The notes: generated from the letters alone by a model not told the origin. Counted from the stretch's first letter, positions 38,024-46,552 are shown. The stretch: 48,119 bases of DNA from a virus (IMGVR_UViG_643348551_000006:1-48119), one strand, 5' to 3'. Translations and numbers: made by a program.

Positions 38024-38442
38024 GCCATCACCTCCTGAAAATTACCCTGATAAAACGCCAACACTCGCTGCATAACCTCACTCTTCCGGCACTCGCGACA
38101 GATTATGTTCAGGTGCCTGTCGTAGCGGCGTATTTCTCCGTCTGGTAACGACCAGATAAAGTCCGGATCAACTACAGATGTTTTCTTCAGCTTTGCTCTC
38201 GAGAGTTTTTTGCGGGCGTTTTGCCAGTCCTTACGAGCCTGTTCTGACGGGAATAACCCATAGCCAGAGTTGTATACATCCCCACTGGCAACCAGCTCTC
38301 TGGCCAGAACGTTCATCAGATATCTTGTTGCCCCAGTTTTAGTTTCCAGTTGTCTTAACGTCTCGCGCCCACTCTGGCGTACAAGTTCAACAACCTGCCC
38401 TTTAATTTTTTCCCGCTCTTCTTGTGTAAATACTTTTGCCAC
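38020..38442 (-). CDS. Hypothetical protein (140 aa), possibly DNA-binding
   Basis: ORF between the replication protein gene and DUF4406; no firm motif. Confidence 0.4.
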   Translation of the reverse strand: MAKVFTQEEREKIKGQVVELVRQSGRETLRQLETKTGATRYLMNVLARELVASGDVYNSGYGLFPSEQARKDWQNARKKLSRAKLKKTSVVDPDFIWSLPDGEIRRYDRHLNIICRECRKSEVMQRVLAFYQGNFQEVMA

Positions 38443-38482
38443 AAGCCCTCCTGAAAATTACCTCATGACCAGAAATTAACAC

Positions 38483-39703
38483 TTACCCCCTGAACCCCGG
38501 CGGAATTTCGGTGTCCGGTTCAGAAATATGATTCACACAACGCTGGTTGTTCGTGCCGCTTACCGGGAGCAACCAGGGGTTTTCAAAATTCCGGTCCGGT
38601 CCAAAAAACGTCGTCGCTCGCTGAACAAATTCCGTTCCCGTTTTCCCGGTAGCTGCCAGGTATCTTGCGTAACGCCTCACGCCATCCAGCATGGCCTCTG
38701 GTGGCACCCCCTCACGTAATCTGGCCTTCCAGGCACTGAAAGCGGATTTCTTCGGGTTTGCCCCGGCACGCAACGGGTACTCCCGCCAGACCTGTTCGAA
38801 CACATCCGGATAATCCACTCGTCCCACAGACAGCCCGGTGTTTTCCGGGACTACCCGATCGGCTTCCCGCTGAATGGCGGAATCGGCTTCAGGCTGCTGC
38901 AGTTGGTGTGATTGCTCCGGCCTTGGGGTCATCACCTGCTGCACAGCGCCCGAATCGGCTTTCAGCGCATACGCTGAATCGGCTTCCGGTGTCGTGCCTG
39001 CTGGCTGACCAGGATTGACGGTCTGAACATCCCCTGCCTGGTTCGTGGTGTTTTTTTCGCCATGAACCATAGTGTTTTTGTCCTGTTCCTGTTCTTTCTC
39101 CTGCTCCTGTTCTTGGCTTCGAAGCCCCTTAAAAGCCCCTTCGAAGCCCCTTACCGAATTTCGGCTATTATTCCGCCTCACATCCAGATGGAAATCCGTT
39201 TTATATCTGTCGTAAAACGCTGACAGAAAAGCGTTTTCAGGTAATGATGCATACTCATTCCTGACACCTGCACAACGGTTATCGCCAGGCTTCAACGTTT
39301 TCCCAACCTGCCAGGCTGCCATTTCATGGACCCAGACCATCTCGGCATCATGGTCATAGCTACAAAAACCAGCTTCAACAGCCCTTTTAAGCCCCTTTGA
39401 AGCCCCTTCCAGACCAAGCCCGGTTTCATGAGCAAGGTATAAAACTGGCAGGTAATACAAACCCAGCATATTTGCGTGAGGGGATGTCATCAGGTAAAAA
39501 GCAACAACTTGCGCTTCTGCACCCGCCTTTCTAAGTTCTCTCCCCGTTTCTCCCAGCCAGAATCGCGGAGAAACTTTTGCGTAATCACGCATGGCTACCT
39601 CATCTGGTGCCGAACCTTCCTCCGGATATAATCTGTGGTTCCCAATCGACAGAACCAGAGGAGGTTCGACATGTATTTTTTGAAAAGCCTTTATCAGGCT
39701 CAT
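38483..39703 (-). CDS. Putative phage replication initiation protein (YdaU/DUF1376-like)
   Basis: 406 aa; N-terminal ...SPRFWLGETGRELRKAGAEAQVVAFYLMTSP...; Gln/Glu-rich linker; C-terminal conserved segment ...YPDVFEQVWREYPLR...; sits downstream of Cro/YdaT-like genes. Moderate, by eye. Confidence 0.5.
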   Translation of the reverse strand: MSLIKAFQKIHVEPPLVLSIGNHRLYPEEGSAPDEVAMRDYAKVSPRFWLGETGRELRKAGAEAQVVAFYLMTSPHANMLGLYYLPVLYLAHETGLGLEGASKGLKRAVEAGFCSYDHDAEMVWVHEMAAWQVGKTLKPGDNRCAGVRNEYASLPENAFLSAFYDRYKTDFHLDVRRNNSRNSVRGFEGAFKGLRSQEQEQEKEQEQDKNTMVHGEKNTTNQAGDVQTVNPGQPAGTTPEADSAYALKADSGAVQQVMTPRPEQSHQLQQPEADSAIQREADRVVPENTGLSVGRVDYPDVFEQVWREYPLRAGANPKKSAFSAWKARLREGVPPEAMLDGVRRYARYLAATGKTGTEFVQRATTFFGPDRNFENPWLLPVSGTNNQRCVNHISEPDTEIPPGFRG

Positions 39704-39809
39704 GTATTAAATGTTGCAGCAACAAACCGCTGGTGTAACAGCCCCGAAATGCTCCCGGATTACAGAGCCTGGCTGCGCGCCGAAACATACCTTCGTCTCG
39801 ACATATTGA

Positions 39810-40319
39810 TTAGCGAACTTCAAAAAGAGACTGCATCCATTCATAACCTTCAGGGTATCGACGCTGTTCGCATTCTGGTATCGCGCCATAGTGCTCTCTC
39901 AATAATTGAAGTGCGTCATCTCTCTTTTTCTGAACTGATTTTCTTGCTTCAACCAGCTCTGGAATCAGCGAATATCCCACCGGAAGTGATCCAATACCCA
40001 CCTCATGTTGACGAGCAGTTACAAGATGTGCCATACAACCAGCGTGCTGGATTGACTCCCTGCTCAGAGGCTGAATGGGATCACTCTCTGCTGAAGAAAT
40101 ACCAAGATTTGTATAATCCTCAATAAGCCCGGCACACGCTTCTGCATCAGCCAGCTTTATTCTGGTTTCCTTGCGCTGTTCTCTGGCTGACAAACGCCAG
40201 AGCAGCGCATTAGCTTTATGTATCAACCACTCTGCCAGCTCCACATCAGATAAACCGCCACGCCAGATGTGCGGACTGTTTTCGTAAACGCTCAGTGTCA
40301 ATTTTTTGTCATTACTCAT
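39810..40319 (-). CDS. Hypothetical early-region protein (169 aa from MSNDKKLTL)
   Basis: ORF-track ORF trimmed to the first Met that does not overlap the upstream gene. Confidence 0.4.
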   Translation of the reverse strand: MSNDKKLTLSVYENSPHIWRGGLSDVELAEWLIHKANALLWRLSAREQRKETRIKLADAEACAGLIEDYTNLGISSAESDPIQPLSRESIQHAGCMAHLVTARQHEVGIGSLPVGYSLIPELVEARKSVQKKRDDALQLLREHYGAIPECEQRRYPEGYEWMQSLFEVR

Positions 40320-40332
40320 ATTTATTACCCAA

Positions 40333-40758
40333 TTAATGCACAGCCAGAGTGTTTCCTGCCGGGCCACCACGATTCATCTGATTGAAACCAGCGATCGCCA
40401 CTGCGACAAAATCATCAGCGTCTCTCACCAGTCGTTCCCGCGTCTCCACCAGCTCCCGAAACCAGGCTGAACTGTGGCTGCGCATTCGGGCCACCAGCAG
40501 AGGAGGCATTGCTTTTTCGATCGCTGGTAACAACGCCTGAATTTTTTCAACTGCATCAGGGGTGTCTTTCTCCACCCAGCGGAAAATTTTCTGAGTATTG
40601 CGAGCCAGGGCTTCCGGATGGCTGTCGTCATACAGTTCCGGGAACGTCATTCCCAGCTCGAAATACGCTTTGGTAATTTTCGCAGCCGGTACTTTTTCGC
40701 CGTCCGGATGCGCCCAGGCATTCATCGCCATGCGGATATGTTCATGTTTGATTTTCAT
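40333..40758 (-). CDS. YdaT-family protein (CII-position early regulator)
   Basis: N-terminus MKIKHEHI... and overall similarity to Rac prophage YdaT; immediately downstream of the Cro-like gene. Confidence 0.6.
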   Translation of the reverse strand: MKIKHEHIRMAMNAWAHPDGEKVPAAKITKAYFELGMTFPELYDDSHPEALARNTQKIFRWVEKDTPDAVEKIQALLPAIEKAMPPLLVARMRSHSSAWFRELVETRERLVRDADDFVAVAIAGFNQMNRGGPAGNTLAVH

Positions 40759-40982
40759 GAATCACTCTTCCTTTTGTCCCGGGTGGTATCCTTCTTTTTG
40801 TAAAGCTCTGGGTTCAAAGATAATTTTCCCTTGGAGTATGCAGCAGCTTCCGCAGCTCTCCCTTTCGGAACTATTTCACCGGGGCGCTTACGCCACATGT
40901 AAATAGCTTCGCGGGTTATCCCATAAAAATCAGCGACCCTCTGAACAGAGCCAAAAAACTGAACAAGTTCATCAACTCGCAT
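40755..40982 (-). CDS. Cro/YdaS-like HTH DNA-binding protein
   Basis: 75 aa with HTH (VADFYGITREAIYMWRKR); divergent from the CI gene across an operator-bearing intergenic region. Confidence 0.65.
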   Translation of the reverse strand: MRVDELVQFFGSVQRVADFYGITREAIYMWRKRPGEIVPKGRAAEAAAYSKGKLSLNPELYKKKDTTRDKRKSDS

Positions 40983-41078
40983 TTCACTCTCCTAAAATCT
41001 AAGTATTTTTAGATTACAAAATAATTTTTTTTTGGTCAATGCAATCTAAAATAATTTATATTCAACTCGCGGGAGAAA
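40983..41078. promoter_or_regulatory. Immunity-region operator/promoter interval between divergent cro-like and cI-like genes
   Basis: AT-rich 96 bp with palindrome ATCTAA-gtattt-TTAGAT and a related half-repeat aatctaaaataatttata. Confidence 0.55.
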
Positions 41079-41726
41079 ATGATGGAAAGCCTTGGCATCA
41101 GGCTTAAGAAACTCAGAAAAGATAAGGGACTCACCCAAGTAGAACTGGGTAAGCTTTCAGGCGTGACTGGGGTTACTATAGGGTACTGGGAGAAAGATCT
41201 AAACGAACCCGGCAGCAAAGCTCTAAGTAAGTTAGCCCAGGCATTAGGAACTACTGAGTCCTATCTCCTGTATGGAGTATCGTCTCCTGAACTATCTTTT
41301 GTGCAGAGCAATCCAGGCACCAAGATCCCCTACTTTTCGTGGGGTGACGCGATTTCTTTCCTAATCTTAGAAGGAGAGAAAACAATGGGAAATGTCGATA
41401 GGATCACCACATTCTTTGATGTAGTGGAAGGTGATTTTGCCGTTTCAATGCCTGATGACACTATGCATAACCCCTCAGGGTCACCAAGTATCCCGGTTGG
41501 TGCCACTGTGATCCTAAGACCAGGAGAGAGTTATAAAAATGGCAGTATCGTCGCTGTAATAGTTCCAGATCCACTTACAAATGAACCGTCTATGACTATA
41601 AAAAAATTAGTTATTGATGGAAAACTTGTGTATTTAAGCCCTCTCAATCCGCGCTATCAATCATCCTTGCTTACGCCAGAGTGTAAAATTGTTGCCGTAG
41701 CAAAAGGTGTGCAGTTCAACCTATAA
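41079..41726 (+). CDS. cI: CI-type prophage repressor (N-terminal HTH, C-terminal S24 LexA-like autopeptidase domain)
   Basis: HTH LTQVELGKLSGVTGVTIGYWE; C-terminal S24-like region ...KLVIDGKLVYLSPLNP.... Not DicA-like, which lacks the peptidase domain. Confidence 0.85.
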   Translation: MMESLGIRLKKLRKDKGLTQVELGKLSGVTGVTIGYWEKDLNEPGSKALSKLAQALGTTESYLLYGVSSPELSFVQSNPGTKIPYFSWGDAISFLILEGEKTMGNVDRITTFFDVVEGDFAVSMPDDTMHNPSGSPSIPVGATVILRPGESYKNGSIVAVIVPDPLTNEPSMTIKKLVIDGKLVYLSPLNPRYQSSLLTPECKIVAVAKGVQFNL

Positions 41727-41789
41727 CCCTGCCATGTCCTTGAACTTAAGGTCGGTTATGCCGACCTTTTTTTTAAATTAATTTAGATT

Positions 41790-41830
41790 CCCCTTGACTA
41801 TAAAACTAAATACTTTTAGATTTATTGCAT
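41790..41830 (+). promoter_or_regulatory. Candidate PL-like promoter with operator copy upstream of ydfA
   Basis: ccccTTGACTataaaaCTAAAtacttTTAGATttattg: -35 TTGACT overlapping a copy of the intergenic operator palindrome. Confidence 0.45.
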
Positions 41831-42003
41831 ACCAACCCACCCCGCCCCACAGAATGCAGGGCAATACTTCGAGTTACCAGGCAGTGGTCAGGGGTTAAGT
41901 AGCCAGCCCGAGGCGTAAGAACATGACGGCAGGGTTCAACTTTAATAACTATGCAGCAGGTTTTTGTTCCGCTACCCCGGCGTTAAGGGGAAATGAGGTC
42001 AGC

Positions 42004-42159
42004 ATGGATACTATCAATCTTGGCAACAACGAATCTCTGGTGTACGGCGTGTTTCCCAACCAGGACGGCACATTCACCGCGATGACGTATACCAAAAGCA
42101 AAACGTTTAAAACCGAATCTGGCGCGCATCGCTGGCTGGAAAGAAATTCAGGTGAGTGA
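42004..42159 (+). CDS. ydfA: YdfA-like small protein (51 aa)
   Basis: MDTINLGNNESLVYGVFPNQDGTFTAMTYTKSKTFKTESGAHRWLERNSGE; matches Qin YdfA in length and sequence as recalled. Confidence 0.7.
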   Translation: MDTINLGNNESLVYGVFPNQDGTFTAMTYTKSKTFKTESGAHRWLERNSGE

Positions 42160-42160
42160 T

Positions 42161-42289
42161 ATGGATTTCGACGCAATCATGGAAAAGGCTTACGAAGAAT
42201 ACTTCGAAGGCCTTGCCGAAGGCGAAGAAGCTCTCAGCTTCAGTGAGTTTAAACAGGCGCTTTCCAGTTCGGCAAAATCTAACGGCTGA
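42161..42289 (+). CDS. ydfB: YdfB-like small protein (42 aa)
   Basis: Hand translation MDFDAIMEKAYEEYFEGLAEGEEALSFSEFKQALSSSAKSNG starting 2 nt after the ydfA stop; spacing and size match Qin ydfB. Confidence 0.6.
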   Translation: MDFDAIMEKAYEEYFEGLAEGEEALSFSEFKQALSSSAKSNG

Positions 42290-42318
42290 TAAGCGAAACA
42301 GCACCGCGAGGAATCAGT

Positions 42319-42537
42319 ATGCAGAAACCAGAGCCCGTCATCATCGCTCCAGGTTATACCGATGACGAAATTTACGAATGGATGATCAAGAAAGTTAAGG
42401 CGGCGCAGGATCTGAAATGGGCCTGTGACTCCAGAGAACTGCAGGTCAAAAACCTGTCAGAACTGGATAAGGAAATTGCCAGTCTTACAGAGGCGACATC
42501 ATTGAACGTAGCCAAAGTGGCTGTACACCTGCGTTAA
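42319..42537 (+). CDS. ydfC: YdfC-like protein (72 aa)
   Basis: MQKPEPVIIAPGYTDDEIYEWMIKKVKAAQDLKWACDSRELQVKNLSELDKEIASLTEATSLNVAKVAVHLR. Confidence 0.7.
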   Translation: MQKPEPVIIAPGYTDDEIYEWMIKKVKAAQDLKWACDSRELQVKNLSELDKEIASLTEATSLNVAKVAVHLR

Positions 42538-42556
42538 TATCAAGCCAACGAGATTA

Positions 42557-42760
42557 ATGATGGAAGAGACAGAACTTAAACACATTATCGCCTTACTTTT
42601 GGAAGACGCAAAACGTCTACAGCAACTGGAACCAAATGCAGGCACAGAGGCCCGCATTTGGATTGCCATGAAATCACTCAAATGTGAAAGCAGTGATTAT
42701 TTCAAAACAACAATTAAAACTACTCAACTTTCGGGAGAGCTACTGAAGAAATTGCCATAA
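42557..42760 (+). CDS. Hypothetical ORF (67 aa) in the dicB operon leader
   Basis: ORF-track ORF; overlaps a convergent minus-strand ORF; coding status uncertain. Confidence 0.3.
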   Translation: MMEETELKHIIALLLEDAKRLQQLEPNAGTEARIWIAMKSLKCESSDYFKTTIKTTQLSGELLKKLP

Positions 42761-42998
42761 GAGCATGGTCTTTCTCTTGTTCTGCAAGATGCGCATTAAT
42801 ACCTGGTATGGTTTTTTCAAATTTATCTATCTGTTGAATAACAACTTCGCGGTATACGTTTGTTTTTGTACCACCAAGCGCAGCCGTTAATGCAGAAAGC
42901 ATATTTAGTATCATATCAGTGCGATATGAAAGAATCCTGATAGCTTCATCTTGTTTTTCAATAATAGATTGCAGGGCCTCAATTTGCTTTTTATCCAT
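42720..42998 (-). CDS. Hypothetical antisense ORF (92 aa from MDKKQIEAL) inside the dicB operon leader
   Basis: Coiled-coil-like composition; opposite orientation to the surrounding operon; coding status uncertain. Confidence 0.25.
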   Translation of the reverse strand: MDKKQIEALQSIIEKQDEAIRILSYRTDMILNMLSALTAALGGTKTNVYREVVIQQIDKFEKTIPGINAHLAEQEKDHALMAISSVALPKVE

Positions 42999-43318
42999 TT
43001 CACCCTCCTGAGGGTTGGTAATTAAGGAGTTCTCCACGGGTGAGGTGGAGTGCGTGCGCCGGACACGGGTGAGCATCCGGCACTGACAGTTTACTGAAAG
43101 GATATGTCCCTGAAAGTCAGGGCATAACGCGAAAGCGCACGGCGAAATTGGTCTCTCTGTACGGTGTCGTTAAATTTAGTTCGACCGTGCGCTTCCGGTT
43201 GTGGCACTCCGCGAAATGGCGCGGAGGTAAGTATGGCGGGGTTATTCCTTCCCCGTTGAGGACACCGGGTTGTCAGGTTGACCATACGCTTAAGTGACAA
43301 CCCCGCTGCAACAACCCA

Positions 43319-43375
43319 TGTTGATTACCTTTTGGCGGCATCAGTTTCATTGCTGGCTGATGTCCGCCCTTTTTA
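43319..43375 (+). ncRNA. dicF: DicF-like small RNA (cell-division/ftsZ-regulating sRNA family)
   Basis: TTTGGCGGCATCAGTTT...GCTGATGTCCGCCC then TTTTT: the GGCGG-(C/T)ATCAGTTT core and intrinsic terminator resemble E. coli DicF (from memory); located upstream of dicB as in Qin. Confidence 0.5.
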
Positions 43376-43377
43376 AA

Positions 43378-43541
43378 GTGAATTTTGTGATGCGGTGAAT
43401 GCGGCTCAGCGCACGCGGAACAGTTAAAAAGGCCAGTTGACTTCCGTATTGGTTCTTATGGGTGGGTTCTCTGTATCCGGCGTTAATTGTTAACTGGTTA
43501 ACGTCACCTGGAGGCACCAGGCACCGCATCACAAAATTCAT
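43378..43541 (+). repeat. Perfect 19-20 bp inverted repeat (GTGAATTTTGTGATGCGGTG ... CACCGCATCACAAAATTCA) spanning ~125 nt just upstream of dicB
   Basis: Read directly from the sequence; arms at 43378..43397 and 43523..43541. Candidate long RNA stem (RNase III-type processing site) in the dicB operon transcript. Confidence 0.6.
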
Positions 43542-43557
43542 TGTTGAGGACGCGATA

Positions 43558-43746
43558 ATGGAAACGTTATTACCAAACGTCAATACGTCTGAAGGTTGTT
43601 TTGAAATTGGTGTCATAATCAGTAACCCTGTATTTACTGAAGATGCCATTAATAAGAGAAAACACGAACGGGAGCTATTAAATCAAATATGCATTGTTTC
43701 AATGCTGGCCCGTTTACGCCTGATGCAAAAAGGACGCTGCCAATGA
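43558..43746 (+). CDS. dicB: Cell division inhibitor DicB
   Basis: METLLPNVNTSEGCFEIGVIISNPVFTEDAINKRKHERELLNQICIVSMLARLRLMQKGRCQ, 62 aa, near-identical to E. coli DicB. Confidence 0.85.
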   Translation: METLLPNVNTSEGCFEIGVIISNPVFTEDAINKRKHERELLNQICIVSMLARLRLMQKGRCQ

Positions 43747-43946
43747 ATACAGCATTTGCACTCGTTCTGACAGTTTTTCTTAATACAGGCGAACCAGTCG
43801 ATCTTGTTATTGGTATACATGACTCAATGAAAGAATGCATGGCTGCCGCAGCGGAACAGAAAATTCCCGGCAACTGTTATCCGGTTGATAAAGTTATTCG
43901 CATGGACAATAACGAAATCCCGGCAGGACTTAAAACAGCACCGTAA
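43743..43946 (+). CDS. ydfD: YdfD-like protein
   Basis: MNTAFALVLTVFLNTGEPVDLVIGIHDSMKECMAAAAEQKIPGNCYPVDKVIRMDNNEIPAGL...; start overlaps the dicB stop (ATGA). Confidence 0.8.
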   Translation: MNTAFALVLTVFLNTGEPVDLVIGIHDSMKECMAAAAEQKIPGNCYPVDKVIRMDNNEIPAGLKTAP

Positions 43947-44023
43947 TTAATATCCGGTTTCATTTTTATATGCCAGCAATGGCAGGGATTTGTTCACCCT
44001 AAAAATAGTTACGAGGTTTATCA

Positions 44024-46483
44024 ATGAGCGCTGATAAAGAAGAAATTGCACTATATTACGAAGCCAAAAATGACAAAGTCAGAAAACGCCTTGGGATTAA
44101 AGGCGGTTTTTACTGGCGCACAGCAAAAAAATTATCGATTGCAATATCACGCGGTGTTGTCGCAATGGACGATGCCGGATTTGACGAAGAGGATTTTAAA
44201 AAACCTGTTCGCGTCCATTTACCCGTTGTGAATGACCTTCCTCCGGAAGGCGTGTTTGATACCGAATTCTGCAACCGATACGAAAAAGGCGGGGAAGATG
44301 GTATCACAATGGTACTTATCGCGCCCTCTGTTCAGGACAAACCAGCCAGCACTGACAATACCAACGTCAACGGTGAAGACATGACTGAGATTGAGGAGAA
44401 TATGCTCCTGCCAGTTTCAGGTCAGATTCTGCCTGTTCGATGGCTGGCGCAACACAACAGCGAAAAACCGATCACGCACGTTTCGCAGGACGAACTGCGC
44501 GCATTACATAACGCACAGGATGAAAAACTTCCCGCCGTTACCGCGCTGGCCATCTCAAATAAAGCAGCGCAACTCGAACCACTGGAAATTCGCGATCTCC
44601 ACAAACTGGTACGCGACACTGACAAAGTTTTCCCTAATCCTGGTAATTCAGACCTGGGACTGATGACCGCTTTTTTCGAAGCATACCTGGGCGCTGACTA
44701 CACCGATCGCGGTCTGCTTACAAAAGAGTGGATGAAAGGAAATCGTGTTTCACGCATCACCCGCACGGCTTCCGGTGCTAATGCCGGTGGAGGGAACAAA
44801 ACCGATCGCAATCCGAATTTAGTACACACCTTTGATACGCTGGATGTGGAGATTGCAGCGGCCACACTTCCGATGGATTTTAATATTTATGAAATTCCGG
44901 GCAGCGTTTATCGTCGCGCAAAAGAAGTCGTCCGGAAGAAAGAAAGTCCGTTCAAAGAATGGTCCGCAGCACTTCGCGCAATCCCGGGTATCCTGGATTA
45001 TTCCCGCGCCGCTATTTTTGCACTTATCCGGAGCGCACACCCTGAGTTTTATCATTACCCGGGACGCCTTCAGGGGTATATCAACGCCTATTTAACGGAG
45101 ACTGATCACGAGAACCCTACCGAGGAAACTCTCGCTGCTGCACGACATACACCGGAAAAAGATATCCTGGAAGAAGTTAACCGCGAACTGGCTGCTGAAC
45201 GCGAAACAGAAGAAGAAAAAAATAATGAGGAAAAATCACAACCGTCTGACGCAATGGCAGATGAACAGGCAACGGCTGAAACAATGGAGCCGGATACAAC
45301 TGAACATCGCCAGGACACGCAATCGCTGGATACTCAGGCGCAGATAGATCCGGTTAATCAGGTAAAAGTTACCGCTGACGAAGTAAACAAAATTATGCAG
45401 GCAGCCAATATCAACCAGCCTGATGCCGACAAAATACTGGCAGTCCATCGCGGTGAGTTCGTTGATGGCATTAGCGACCCGAATGATCCGAAATGGGTGA
45501 AGGGGATTGAAACCCGCGATTCTGTAAACCAGAACCAGCAAGAATCGGAACAGAACGACCAGAAAGCGGAACAAAACAGCCAAAATGCGTTACAAAACGA
45601 GCCAGAAACGAAACAACCTGAGCCAGTAGCGCAACAGGAAGCGGAAAAAGTCTGCACCGCCTGCGGTCAGACCAGCGGCGGCAACTGCCCAGATTGTGGT
45701 GCGGTGATGGGCGACGCAACGTATCAGGAAACCTTTAATGAAGAAAATCTGGATGAATCTCAGGAAAAAGATCCGGAGGAAATGGAAGGCGCTGAACATC
45801 CACACAAGGAGAATGCTGGCAGCTATCAGGACCACGCCAGCGATAGCGAAACTGGCGAGACGGCAGATCCCTTAATTGCGGTGAACGGTCATCACGTTAT
45901 CACATCCACCAGCAGAGTGTGGTACCACCTGATGATCGACCTTGAAACGATGGGTAAAAAAAGTAATGCCCCCATCGTGGTTATTGGTGCTGTGTTCTTC
46001 GATCCGCAGACCGGGGAAATCGGGCCAACATTTTATATCGTTATCAGCCTGGTTGACGCTATGGACACGGGTGCTGTTCCTGATGGTTCCACCATCGAAT
46101 GGTGGCTTGCTCAGTCCAGCGAAGCCAGATCTGCAATTTTAGTTGATCAGGTAAAACTGGTTGACGCTCTTATTCAATTTCGGGAATTCATCAATGAGTA
46201 CTCGGATGAAAAATTCGTTCAGGTATGGGGCAATGGTGCAACTTTCGACAACACTATTTTACGAACCTCGTACGAACGCCTGAACATCCCCTGCCCGTGG
46301 CGTTACTACAACGATCGCGATGTACGTACAATCGTTGAACTGGGAAAAACTATCGGCTTCGATGCCAGAACAGTTATTCCATTTGAAGGCATGCGCCACA
46401 ATGCGCTGGATGATGCCCGTCACCAGGCAAAATACGTTACAGCTACGATACAAAAACTGATCCCGAGTCAGGCTGATTTTTAA
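44024..46483 (+). CDS. Large early-left protein (819 aa, YdfE-like N-terminus): unknown N-terminal domain, acidic linker, CxxC...CxxC zinc ribbon, C-terminal DEDDh (DnaQ-like) 3'-5' exonuclease domain
   Basis: C-terminal motifs MIDLETMG (Exo I), GNGATFDNTIL (Exo II), HNALDDARHQAKY (Exo III); zinc ribbon CTACGQTSGGNCPDCG; occupies the exo/recE position of lambdoid phages. Confidence 0.7.
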   Translation: MSADKEEIALYYEAKNDKVRKRLGIKGGFYWRTAKKLSIAISRGVVAMDDAGFDEEDFKKPVRVHLPVVNDLPPEGVFDTEFCNRYEKGGEDGITMVLIAPSVQDKPASTDNTNVNGEDMTEIEENMLLPVSGQILPVRWLAQHNSEKPITHVSQDELRALHNAQDEKLPAVTALAISNKAAQLEPLEIRDLHKLVRDTDKVFPNPGNSDLGLMTAFFEAYLGADYTDRGLLTKEWMKGNRVSRITRTASGANAGGGNKTDRNPNLVHTFDTLDVEIAAATLPMDFNIYEIPGSVYRRAKEVVRKKESPFKEWSAALRAIPGILDYSRAAIFALIRSAHPEFYHYPGRLQGYINAYLTETDHENPTEETLAAARHTPEKDILEEVNRELAAERETEEEKNNEEKSQPSDAMADEQATAETMEPDTTEHRQDTQSLDTQAQIDPVNQVKVTADEVNKIMQAANINQPDADKILAVHRGEFVDGISDPNDPKWVKGIETRDSVNQNQQESEQNDQKAEQNSQNALQNEPETKQPEPVAQQEAEKVCTACGQTSGGNCPDCGAVMGDATYQETFNEENLDESQEKDPEEMEGAEHPHKENAGSYQDHASDSETGETADPLIAVNGHHVITSTSRVWYHLMIDLETMGKKSNAPIVVIGAVFFDPQTGEIGPTFYIVISLVDAMDTGAVPDGSTIEWWLAQSSEARSAILVDQVKLVDALIQFREFINEYSDEKFVQVWGNGATFDNTILRTSYERLNIPCPWRYYNDRDVRTIVELGKTIGFDARTVIPFEGMRHNALDDARHQAKYVTATIQKLIPSQADF

Positions 46484-46552
46484 TGTTCAACCATCGCCGG
46501 TTGTGACTGGTATTCTGCAACCGGCGCTCATCTGAAGTAAGAGATAAAAGCG

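Noticed and set aside
41079-41726. Naming the repressor DicA and the cro-like gene DicC
   Set aside because: Although the downstream operon is Qin-like, this repressor carries a C-terminal S24 autopeptidase domain and is a CI-type protein, unlike the short DicA as I recall it; the Cro-like protein resembles YdaS-type proteins.
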